NCBI GenBank assembly: GCA_051294375.1 | Contig: CM119271.1 | Location: 9,377,308-9,441,307 of the forward strand | Source: Paraspadella gotoi | Taxonomy: Eukaryota > Animalia > Chaetognatha | Direction of reading: 5' to 3' | Length of the DNA: 64,000 nucleotides | Shown here: positions 52,301 through 64,000 of the stretch, in pieces | Position numbering within the stretch: the first letter of the stretch is position 1 | Layout of the letters: each line of letters starts with the position of its first letter | Position numbers and translations under genes: made by a program | Notes under the pieces: model-generated | Seen by the model: only the letters and a program-made list of their open reading frames with translations | The model's database searches: none | Told to the model about the DNA's origin: nothing

Positions 52301-55300
52301 AAAAAATATTGCGATTCGCGCAGGAATCGAGAATTTTCGGCTTCGCTTCCCTTCACTTCACATGTCAAAATTTGTTTCGCGTCCCGAAAATATAACTTGG
52401 TCGTCGTCGTCGTCGTCGTTGTCGTCGTCGTCGTCGTCNNNNNNNNNNNNNNNNNNNNNNNNNNNNNNNNNNNNNNNNNNNNNNNNNNNNNNNNNNNNNN
52501 NNNNNNNNNNNNNNNNNNNNNNNNNNNNNNNNNNNNNNNNNNNNNNNNNNNNNNNNNNNNNNNNNNNNNNNNNNNNNNNNNNNNNNNNNNNNNNNNNNNN
52601 NNNNNNNNNNNNNNNNNNNNNNNNNNNNNNNNNNNNNNNNNNNNNNNNNNNNNNNNNNNNNNNNNNNNNNNNNNNNNNNNNNNNNNNNNNNNNNNNNNNN
52701 NNNNNNNNNNNNNNNNNNNNNNNNNNNNNNNNNNNNNNNNNNNNNNNNNNNNNNNNNNNTAAACTTCGATAAGGAGGGAAAGAAACAACCCACATCCCCC
52801 CCACGAAATTTCCGAGGCTTCCGACGAAGACGAACGACGAACGACGAACGACGAAGACGACGATGAACAACGAATAACGACGAACAACGAATGACGACGA
52901 ACANNNNNNNNNNNNNNNNNNNNNNNNNNNNNNNNNNNNNNNNNNNNNNNNNNNNNNNNNNNNNNNNNNNNNNNNNNNNNNNNNNNNNNNNNNNNNNNNN
53001 NNNNNNNNNNNNNNNNNNNNNNNNNNNNNNNNNNNNNNNNNNNNNNNNNNNNNNNNNNNNNNNNNNNNNNNNNNNNNNNNNNNACGATGAACATCGAATG
53101 ACGATGACGACGAAGACGACGAAAAACAAATGATGACGACGACGACGACAACGACAAACAACAAATGACGATGACTAAGACGATGAACATCGAATGACGA
53201 TGACGACGAAGACGACGANNNNNNNNNNNNNNNNNNNNNNNNNNNNNNNNNNNNNNNNNNNNNNNNNNNNNNNNNNNNNNNNNNNNNNNNNNNNNNNNNN
53301 NNNNNNNNNNNNNNNNNNNNNNNNNNNNNNNNNNNNNNNNNNNNNNNNNNNNNNNNNNNNNNNNNNNNNNNNNNNNNNNNNNNNNNNNNNNNNNNNNNNN
53401 NNNNNNNNNNNNNNNNNNNNNNNNNNNNNNNNNNNNNNNNNNNNNNNNNNNNNNNNNNNNNNNNNNNNNNNNNNNNNNNNNNNNNNNNNNNNNNNNNNNN
53501 NNNNNNNNNNNNNNNNNNNNNNNNNNNNNNNNNNNNNNNNNNNNNNNNNNNNNNNNNNNNNNNNNNNNNNNNNNNNNNNNNNNNNNNNNNNNNNNNNNNN
53601 NNNNNNNNNNNNNNNNNNNNNNNNNNNNNNNNNNNNNNNNNNNNNNNNNNNNNNNNNNNNNNNNNNNNNNNNNNNNNNNNNNNNNNNNNNNNNNNNNNNN
53701 NNNNNNNNNNNNNNNNNNNNNNNNNNNNNNNNNNNNNNNNNNNNNNNNNNAAAAAAAAAAAAAATCTGGCAATATTCGATCAAAGATTCTGTAATCTAAT
53801 TTGCATGTCGCGGTATCTAAAAAATTACGAGTCGGCTTTGCGAATTCGTTCAACAAATGGATTTTTTTGGATATTAGGAGAGACGAATGATAGATATCAG
53901 CGGAAGGGAGGGGAGGAAAAGAAGACATGTCGCTTTTGTCATTTAGCGACAACGTTGAGTAATGGTGAGATTAGAGTTGTCAAATCGAGTACTGTTATTA
54001 GAAACTATAAAAGCAAATAGAACAGCATCTTTTTAGAATATTGCAATGCTCATACCATCTCTTNNNNNNNNNNNNNNNNNNNNNNNNNNNNNNNNNNNNN
54101 NNNNNNNNNNNNNNNNNNNNNNNNNNNNNNNNNNNNNNNNNNNNNNNNNNNNNNNNNNNNNNNNNNNNNNNNNNNNNNNNNNNNNNNNNNNNNNNNNNNN
54201 NNNNNNNNNNNNNNNNNNNNNNNNNNNNNNNNNNNNNNNNNNNNNNNNNNNNNNNNNNNNNNNNNNNNNNNNNNNNNNNNNNNNNNNNNNNNNNNNNNNN
54301 NNNNNNNNNNNNNNNNNNNNNNNNNNNNNNNNNNNNNNNNNNNNNNNNNNNNNNTTTTCTTTTTTTTCCCCTTTTTAGATCAAAAGCGGACGTCGAGACC
54401 GAAGAGAGAGAAAGGAAAGAAGTTTAAATAGACGAAACAATAAAAAAAAGGAGCAAACGAACAGAAGAACGGAACAAGGAACGGACACATAACAGAACAA
54501 AGGAACGAGAACGCAAACCGCAAAAAGCGCGACTCAAATTCTCGGGCATATATTCCGAGAGCGCTTCATTTCCGATTAAATTTAAAATTAACAGAGATTT
54601 TAAAAAATTTTAAAAATTAGTTCAAACTTCAAAGGTTTAAGTTTAGGTTTAAGGTTTAGATTAGAAATTTGGTTAAAGATTTTGTTAAGGATTAGGATTA
54701 CTTATTACTAATCAGTGATTACTAATGATAATGATTACTAGTGATTACTAATCAGTGATTAAGGTTTCTGATAATGGATAAAACTATAGATTCGGTATTT
54801 GCTTTAATGATTAGGATTAAGGATTGGGTCAAAGTTAGTATAAAAAAATATTTATTAAATTATAAGGGTTTAAGAAACAGCAAAGGGTCGCTTTTAGAAA
54901 ATAGCGCCCGAATTCCCAACCTTTTTTTTTCAGCGGGGAAAAAGAGAGAAAAACTGGGCAAGTTTTTTTTTCCTGCCCTTACCTTTTTTTTTGGTTTTTC
55001 GGTGTTTTTTTTTTTATTTTCGAACCGGAATCGAATCTTAACGCGAAGTCTGTCGAGCCAGTGCGCCCCGGGTTTCTTTCGCTCCCCCCTTTCCTTGACT
55101 CCTCCCTTCCTTCCACTTTCCCCAGAATCAAAAAAAAAAAAAAAATTTGAATCGNNNNNNNNNNNNNNNNNNNNNNNNNNNNNNNNNNNNNNNNNNNNNN
55201 NNNNNNNNNNNNNNNNNNNNNNNNNNNNNNNNNNNNNNNNNNNNNNNNNNNNNNNNNNNNNNNNNNNNNNNNNNNNNNNNNNNNNNNNNNNNNNNNNNNN

Positions 55301-56199
55301 NNNNNNNNNNNNNNNNNNNNNNNNNNNNNNNNNNNNNNNNNNNNNNNNNNNNNNNNNNNNNNNNNNNNNNNNNNNNNNNNNNNNNNNNNNNNNNNNNNNN
55401 NNNNNNNNNNNNNNNNNNNNNNNNNNNNNNNNNNNNNNNNNNNNNNNNNNNNNNNNNNNNNNNNNNNNNNNNNNNNNNNNNNNNNNNNNNNNNNNNNNNN
55501 NNNNNNNNNNNNNNNNNNNNNNNNNNNNNNNNNNNNNNNNNNNNNNNNNNNNNNNNNNNNNNNNNNNNNNNNNNNNNNNNNNNNNNNNNNNNNNNNNNNN
55601 NNNNNNNNNNNNNNNNNNNNNNNNNNNNNNNNNNNNNNNNNNNNNNNNNNNNNNNNNNNNNNNNNNNNNNNNNNNNNNNNNNNNNNNNNNNNNNNNNNNN
55701 NNNNNNNNNNNNNNNNNNNNNNNNNNNNNNNNNNNNNNNNNNNNNNNNNNNNNNNNNNNNNNNNNNNNNNNNNNNNNNNNNNNNNNNNNNNNNNNNNNNN
55801 NNNNNNNNNNNNNNNNNNNNNNNNNNNNNNNNNNNNNNNNNNNNNNNNNNNNNNNNNNNNNNNNNNNNNNNNNNNNNNNNNNNNNNNNNNNNNNNNNNNN
55901 NNNNNNNNNNNNNNNNNNNNNNNNNNNNNNNNNNNNNNNNNNNNNNNNNNNNNNNNNNNNNNNNNNNNNNNNNNNNNNNNNNNNNNNNNNTTAAATCTTT
56001 AAAAAAAAGAAGTCAAATTCTGTCAAGACTTTAAATGCAAAATTAAATTAAATGAAATGGAAATCTTTTCTACTATTTCCACTGATTTAAACTTACTGGA
56101 AAATCTATTTTTGAAAAGGAGTAATCATGATTTCAAAGGTTTTATTTTAATTGGTAATATAACTGAAATTTTTATAATGCTAACAATAATTAGTAGTAA

Positions 56200-56363
<164 letters not shown>

Positions 56364-56845
56364 GACAGTTTGCATGTCATCGCATACAACATATTTTGAT
56401 ATACGAGCAAATTTTCATAATTTCAAAAATATCATAAAAAATGTTTTACTGTTAATACAATAATCTCTTATGATAATAACAAAAACACTAACAATAATAT
56501 TTGCTATCTAATCGAACGAATAGTGCACAAGACACCGACTGTCCAAGAAGACGGTCAATCTTTCGAGATAACGCGGCTTAACGGTCCGACTGTAATCCTA
56601 CAGTGGTGACCGTTTATGAGAATTAGTTATTTTTTCGTTATCTTGGTTCGAACTGTTGAGGCACAGTAAATAACGGATAATACGAGGGTCTCACGCTGGA
56701 CAGGGATTAAAGAAAAAGAAAAAGAAAGAAAGGAAGAAAGAGAGATAAAAAAGAAAGATAGAAAGAAAGAAAGAAAGACAGAAATATTATATATCGTGTT
56801 ATATCTATTATCTATATATCTATTATCTATTATCTATTATAGTTA

Positions 56846-58680
56846 AATAGTTTAATAAAAGCAGTTAATTCAAGTTAGCTGTAGTAATAACCGCATTATC
56901 GAACAATGTTGAATAAAGATGTATTTATGGTTTAATTTTGAAAAAAGGTTCGCTCAAAATAAGTAGGAGAATCGAATTCCCTATTAAGTTCTCCCCCAGA
57001 ACCCGTTCTCCCGTTCTCCCGTTCTCCCGTTCTCCTTCATCGCAAGAAAAAAACAAGGACGAAAAGGTCACCGTTAGTCCGGGGGTGGGGCGTGCCAGCC
57101 GGGGCGGGGTGGGGCAAGGGCGAGCCAGCCGGGGCAAACCCGAGACGGACACGGGGCATCGGGCACCCGGCACCGGACGAAAACAACCGCCTTTGTTTTT
57201 GTTTTGCCTTTGTTTTGATTTGGTTTCGAGAAGATCGAGACTTAATTCATAATNNNNNNNNNNNNNNNNNNNNNNNNNNNNNNNNNNNNNNNNNNNNNNN
57301 NNNNNNNNNNNNNNNNNNNNNNNNNNNNNNNNNNNNNNNNNNNNNNNNNNNNNNNNNNNNNNNNNNNNNNNNNNNNNNNNNNNNNNNNNNNNNNNNNNNN
57401 NNNNNNNNNGAGAGAGAGAGAGAATAAGGAGAAAAAGACTAAGAATTGTTTACTTACATTTTTTTCAAACGGCGGAAAAAATCAGTCTTGTAAAAAAATT
57501 TATTACTTCTGTTTCAAATATTTAATCCGTATATTTGTGGATTTAATTCAATTCCGTAAGTAAAAAGGTTTGTTTGTTTATTTATTTTTCATCATTTTCG
57601 TCATTTTATTTTCGCAAATCGTAGGATGAAATAAAATTTCTATTATTTTGTAAACAATGCGGGGAAAAAAAGATGACGACGTAAAAGGTTACAGAAAAAA
57701 CCAGTGCGAGGAAAAGGATAAAGAGAGAAAATAGTTTAATTTAGGTGAAAAGCAAGGTTTAATTCAAGTTAGCTTGTTAAGTAAATAATCCGGCATTATC
57801 GCAACATATGTTGAATAATAGATATGATTTATCGGTTAATTTTGAAAAAAAAGGTTCGCTCAAAATAAGTGTGAGAATCGAATTCCCTATTAAGTTCTCC
57901 CCCAGAACCCGTTTCTTCCCGTTCTCCCGTTCTCCCGTTTCTCCTTCATCGCAAGAAAAAAAAACAACGGACGAAAAAGGTCACGTTAGTCCTCGGGAGT
58001 GGGATGGTGCCAGCCGTGGGCGGTGGATGGTGGCAAAGGGGCGAGCCAGCGGGCAAACCGGAGACGGACACGGGGCATTCGGGCAACCCGGCACCGCGAC
58101 GAAAACACACCGCCTCTTGTTTTTGTTCTTGCCTTTTGTAGATTTGTTTCGAGAAGATCAGAGACTTAATTGCATAATTGCGATTGAGGAGAGAGAGGAG
58201 AGGTGAGAGACAAGATGAGAGAGAGAGAGAGAGAAGAGAGGAGGAGAAGAGTATGAGAGAGAGAGAGGAGAGGAGAGACGAGCGCGCGGAACGAGAGGAG
58301 AGAAGATCGAGAGAGAGAGATATAAGGGAGACAAAGACCCTAAGAATTTAGCTTTACTTACATTTTTGTTTCAAACGGCGGAAAAAGAGTCAGGTCTAGT
58401 AACAAAAAATTTCTTACTCTCTGTTTCAAATAATTTAATCCGTATATTTGTGGATTATAAGTTTTCAATTCCGTCGTACATGTACAATAAGGGTTTGTAT
58501 TGTTTATTATAATTTTTCATCTATTCGTCATCTTTATTGTCGCAAAAGTCTGTAGGAATTGACAATAACAATTTCTCAATTATTGTAAACAATGCGGGGA
58601 GAAAAAAAAAGATGACGACGACGAAAAGGTGGTACAGAAGAAAATACCACAGTGCGAGGAAAAGGATAAAGAGAGAGAAG
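56846..58680 (+). repeat. Head-to-tail duplication: clean gapped copy 56846-57729 and noisy gap-free copy 57730-58680; likely assembly artefact
   Basis: Colinear; the noisy copy has degenerate (GA)n where the clean copy has Ns. Confidence 0.9.
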
Positions 58681-59033
58681 AGAGACAGAGAGAGGAGAGA
58701 GGAGAGTAAGGAGAGAAAGGAGAGAGAGTAGACGAGAGGCGAGATAGACGAGACGAGAGAGTAGAGAGAGAGAAAGAAGAAGAGAGAGAGAGATGAGAGC
58801 GCATCCGGACGGTCTTTTTCATAGGGCCACTGGCTTTTCAGTTCTGAGGCCTCGGGGCAAAAGAATGGAAGTTCTACTCATGAGAATTCCCCGTTTCGCA
58901 AGATTCCACCGAAAGGAAGAAGCAAATACTGCTTCACTCATTGGAACTGGATGGGATGACGAAGAGAGAGAGAGAGATAGAGAGGAGAGAGACAGAGAGT
59001 GAGAGATGAGAGCATAAGAGAGAGAGAGAGGAC

Positions 59034-59065
<32 letters not shown>

Positions 59066-59199
59066 TATGGGAGAAAACAAGGCGTGGCTTAGTCTTGCTA
59101 CCCTGATTGGTTGACATTTAAACGACGTGGAATCTTATTGGCGAGGAAGACGAACATTAAAATGCAGCGGGCATCTCTCTCTCTATCCTCTCTCTCTCT

Positions 59200-59233
<34 letters not shown>

Positions 59234-59453
59234 TTCTCTTCTCTCTCTCTCAATCTCTCTCTTTTCCCGCACGAAGGGGGGGGGGCCTCTTGACACCGGC
59301 AGCAGCCTTTACGCTTTCCCAGGCGGCAGCATTGCCTTACCAGTTTGCGAGGATTCAGGGATTTTTTTATTCCGGACGCTCTCTCTTAAAGTCAGTTTTG
59401 ACTCTGAAATAAAAAGTCGAGAGATGAGNNNNNNNNNNNNNNNNNNNNNNNNN

Positions 59454-59485
<32 letters not shown>

Positions 59486-59486
<1 letters not shown>

Positions 59487-59544
59487 CAGAGCGTGGATTT
59501 CGTTGCTGGAGGTGTTGATGTCGTTGTCTTGGTTTTTGAAGACG

Positions 59545-59575
<31 letters not shown>

Positions 59576-59603
59576 AACGTCGTCGTATACATCGCAATCC
59601 TCA
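59486..59603 (-). CDS. Probable terminal exon of minus-strand gene 2 (EDCDVYDDVDGDDDDDDDDASSKTKTTTSTPPATKSTL*)
   Basis: Acceptor ATTTTAAG. Its phase-2 start fits the GC|GTAAGA donor at 60552. Ends in TGA. Confidence 0.45.
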
Positions 59604-60551
59604 CTTAAAATTCCAGCCTCAAATTGATATTATAAAACAAATTTCTACCACTTTATTGATACGTAGTCAAGTTACTATAAACTGTAGTAAACTCGCGAGT
59701 ACTGCTATAAAATTGTTACAACCAATATAAAAATTATCCATTCATTTCATAAATAAGCTATCCCTGATTTTCGACAGGCTTTGGTGGCTTAAGGACTCCA
59801 TCACTCTTACAAGATAATGACAAAGCAGATCCCTGCAAGCTTTCAATCAAGACTCTCTCACAGTCTCGTTTATTCACTCCCAGAGTACCTGGCTTCCCTA
59901 TCAATGAAGTGGTATAATGTTTCAAAGAATGTTTCAATTGTATGAAAAGACCACTCCCTTAAGTATTAGATCGGGGAATACTATGTTGTACTCCGCACTA
60001 GCATCTAGAGACAAGGAGCTTTATGAAAAATAAATATTATCCATTTATTTAATTACTAAGCTATCTCGCCCCTGACTTTGGACAGGCAAACTTTTAGACG
60101 TTTTTAATTTAAAAAAATTTTCGGAAAATTAATTTGAAAAAAATTTTAAATTATTTAATAATTACCTTTTCTAAGGACATACAACTTACAAGTTTTAATT
60201 CCTTATTTTCTTCTTCACGACCGAAAAGACTTCACTTTGACTCGCAGAGACAAACTTCGCTTCTCCAGAAAAAAACAAAATCTCCTGAGATCAAAACTAA
60301 AAAAAAAAAAAAAATTGACCGAAAGACACTTGACAGGCCCCAACCCCCGCACCCGCCAGCCCCCACCCTCGCCTCCCGTCCCCCCTTTTATCCCCAAAGG
60401 GGACTATCTCTCCCCGCTGATCGTCCCAAATGTCTCATATTCCCCAGTCCATTAAAGGGGATTGAGTATGACGTCAACAGGCCTCCCCCCCTTTTCCTCC
60501 TTTCCAGAATAAGGACGTTTTTGATAAGTAGTATCTGTGTCTCTTTCTTAC

Positions 60552-60711
60552 GCCAAGATTTCGAGAGCTTTGCACTTTAGTTTTCTATCGAATTCTCCCC
60601 GAAATTGTTCGCCCGGAGAAACTTCGTTCTCACGAGTCTCCGAGGATTGTTCGAATAAGTCAATAAACGTTTTCAAATATTCGATATCTACTTTGACTTT
60701 GTCTCGTGCGA
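60552..60711 (-). CDS. Probable exon of gene 2 (ARDKVKVDIEYLKTFIDLFEQSSETRENEVSPGEQFRGEFDRKLKCKALEILA); product unknown
   Basis: Open protein-like frame and a strong GTAAGA donor. The upstream TACTAAC-TTGAG makes the acceptor position uncertain. Confidence 0.5.
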
Positions 60712-60772
60712 CTCAAGTTAGTACATTTCTTAACGAGCGAATCAACGAACGTTGGTTTCCGCGGGCGCCAAA

Positions 60773-62754
60773 TCCAAATAAATCTCAAATAAAAGATCCA
60801 AATAAAATATCTCAAATAAAATACTCAAATAAAATCTCAAATAAAATCTCAAATAAATCTCAAATAATAATCTCAAATAAAATCTCAAATCTCAAAATCT
60901 CAAATAATCTCAAATAAAATCATCTCAAATCAAATATCAAAATCATTCAAAAATCTCAAATATCTCAATAATCTCAAATAATATCTCAAATAAAATCTCA
61001 ATAATCTCAAATAAAATCTCAAATAAATCTCAAATAAAATCTCAAATAAAATCTCAATAAATCTCAAATATTATAAAATCTCAATAAATAAATATCTCAA
61101 ATAACATCAATAAAATCTCAAATAAATCAAATAACAATACTCAAATAAAATCTCAAATAAATATCAATAAAATCTCAAATAAAATCTCAATATTAAAATC
61201 TCAATAATCTAAATAAAATCTCAAATAAAATCTCAAATAAATCTCAAAATAAAATCTCAAACCAAATAAAATCTCAAATAAAATCTCAAATAAAATCTCA
61301 AATTAATAAATCTCAAATCTCAAATAAAATCTCTATCAAAATAATCTCAATAAAATCTCAAAATAAATCGTCAAATAAAATTTCAAATAAATCTCAAATA
61401 AATCTAAATAAAATCTCAAATAAAATCTCAATAAATCCAAATAAATCTCAAATATCAAAATCTCAAATAAAATCCAAATAAACTAATAAAATCTCAATAA
61501 AACTCAAAATCTCAAATAAATCTCAATATCTCAATAAATCTCAAATAAATCTCAAATAAAATCTCAAATAAAATTCAAATAAAATCTAATAAAATCTCAA
61601 ATAAAATCTCAAATAAAATCTCAAATAAAATCTCAAATAAATCTCAAATAAAATCTCAAATAAAATCTCAAATAAAATCTCAAATAAAATCTCAAATAAT
61701 CTCAAATAATCTCAAATAAAATCTCAAATAAAATCTCAAATAAAATCTCAAATAAAATCTCATAAAATAAAAATCTCAAATAAAATTCAAAAAATTCAAT
61801 AATCTCAAATAAAATCTCAAATAAAATCTCAAATAAAATCTCAAAAATTAAATCTCAATAATCTAAATAAAATCTCAAATAAAATCTCAAATAAATCTCA
61901 AATAAATCTAATAAATCAATATCTCAAATAAAATCTCAAATAAAATCTTCAAATCTCAAATAACAATCTCAATAAAATCTCAAAATAAAATCTCAAATAA
62001 AATCTCAAATAAAATCTCAATAAAATCTCAAATTCAAAATCTCAAATCCAAAATCTCAAATAAAATCTCAAATAAAATCTCAAATAAAATCTCAAATAAA
62101 ATCTCATAAATTCAAATAAATCTCAAATAAAATCTCAAAATAAATCTCAATAAAATCTCAATAAATCTCAAATAAATCTCAAATAAAATCTCAAAATAAA
62201 ATCTCAAATAATCTAAATAAATCTCCAAATAACAATCTCAATATCTCAAATAATCTCAAATAAAATCTCAAACTAAAATCTCAAATAAAATCTCAAATAA
62301 AATCTCAACTAAATCTCAAATAAAATCTCAAAATAAAATCTCAATAAATCTCAAATAAAACTCAAATAAAATCTCAATAAATCTCAATAAAATCTCAAAT
62401 AAATCTCAAAATAAAATCTCAAATAAAATGCTCAAATAAATCTCCAAATAAACATCTCAAATAAATCAAATAAAATCTCAATAAAATTCTCAAATAAATC
62501 CTCAAATAAAATCTCAAATAAAATCTCAATAAAATCTCAATAAAATCTCAAATAAAATCCTCAATAAAAATCTCAAATAAAATCTCAAATAAATCTCAAA
62601 AAATCTAAATAAAATCTCAAATAAATCCTCAAATAAAAATCTCAAATAAATCTCAAATAAAATCTCAAATAAAATCTCAAATAAAATCTCAAATAAAATC
62701 TCAAATAAAATCTCAATAAATGCTCAATAAAATCTCAAATAAAATCTCAAATAA
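60773..62754. repeat. 2-kb satellite array of the 12-bp unit TCTCAAATAAAA
   Basis: Head-to-tail units with frequent 1-3 nt deletions; almost no G on the + strand. Confidence 0.98.
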
Positions 62755-63370
62755 CTTCACGCTGGTGATCGACATTGAACTCATCGACGGACGCTTATTT
62801 CGTTTCCTCTTTTTCGCCTTTTCTTTCGGAATATTAATTCGTTAGTTGTATAAAATGTTATTTGTTAATTTGTTGATAATTTTGTAATTTTAGAAATTGT
62901 GCGTAGTTTAAAACAGAAATAGCGTTTGTCGCAATCTCAACTTTACCTTTTTTTTCCCCATAATCTTTTACAAACAAAGTATATATTATTTTTTATTTCT
63001 TTAAATTTATAAATTATAATATAATGCACAATGCATAATTTGAGCCTTTCGATTTGTTTCTTCTCTCTTCATCCCTCCCAACCTTATCACCCTATTTCTT
63101 TGCCTTTAACCCTTCATCTTTCTCTTCCTTTGATCTTCACCAAAACAAACATCTTCCCTCCACATTCCCCTTACTCCATCCTCCCTCCTTCTCTCCCTCC
63201 CTCCCTCTCCTCCCTCTCCCTTCCTCCCTCTTTTTTTTTATGACAAGAGTTTCTAATCTCGGATTAGACGAACTCGCGATGTCGCTTGACCTCTGACTAG
63301 AGTCTCCGATATTTCCAGAGATCTTCTTGACGACTCGATACACAAGAAGGAAGAGGCTCTCTCTCTCTCT

Positions 63371-63444
<74 letters not shown>

Positions 63445-64000
63445 CCTTGACCCCAATTATTCATAAACAACGAACAAAATCTGAAATTTACTAAAAAAAA
63501 AAAAGTAATTCGACAGACGGACAGACAGACGCATAGACTCTTTAATAATTAACGAAGTTCGGTTGTCTGCCTTTCGCGTGGTTACAAAACGGAAGTCCAG
63601 ATTCGTCGTCGTTGTCGTTGTCGTCGTTGTCACTCGTGTCTCGTTCGATCTTTTGTTTCAGTCCGTGTGTCCGTCTGTCTGGAATCACGAGCCGACCCGA
63701 GGAATGAGGGAGGAGGGAGAGGGGGGGTGTTAGCGGTTCCATTGTTCCGATTAAAAGTTCGTCGATTTCGTCGTCGTCGTCGTCGTCGTCGTCGTCATCG
63801 TCAGTCATCGTCGAAGTCATTCACGGTTATTGTCATTATAGTTAATTAGTTATTATACGTTATGAATTGTCAATTAATTATCAATTGTCGTCGTCGTTTA
63901 TCCTCGTTTCTCACTTTTCTAACTGTCATCAATCATCAGTCAGCATCAATCAAAGTCTATTTGTCATTCCTGCTTGCATATTTCGTAATCGTTGTCAGCA

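Noticed and set aside
57080-57135. G-quadruplex or GC-box cluster (also 10960-11045)
   Set aside because: G-runs are present, but purine-rich low-complexity sequence is common here and nothing else supports function.
63542-63820. Acidic 92-aa minus-strand ORF as an upstream exon of gene 2
   Set aside because: Much of it is (GAC)n repeat, and I found no convincing in-phase donor. It remains possible but unsupported.

Overview
Non-coding-dominated eukaryotic (probably invertebrate animal) genomic DNA from a draft, gap-filled assembly. It is AT-rich, CpG looks undepleted, and it is crowded with (GA/CT)n and other microsatellites, minisatellites, a 2-kb 12-mer satellite and N gaps. Almost all ORFs in the supplied track are artefacts of simple repeats or Ns. 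Reading by hand for splice signals gives: (1) a multi-exon minus-strand gene of unrecognised product (ATG at 22401, exons traceable to about 10060); (2) a probable plus-strand exon at 43967-44226; (3) the probable 3' end of a second minus-strand gene (60711-59486). Bases 1-6368 are a second copy of 11937-21900. Comparing the copies shows a 5.3-kb insertion (12996-18284) with imperfect terminal inverted repeats and an about 8-bp target duplication. It is hAT-like, has no visible transposase and carries spliced-gene-like fragments. There are also four Helentron-type (HINE-like) elements, tRNA-derived SINE-like pieces and several clean-plus-noisy tandem duplications that are probably assembly artefacts. 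I found no CRISPR, rRNA, intact tRNA or confidently nameable gene, and no clear new biological system. The cargo-carrying insertion with its empty site is the best lead.
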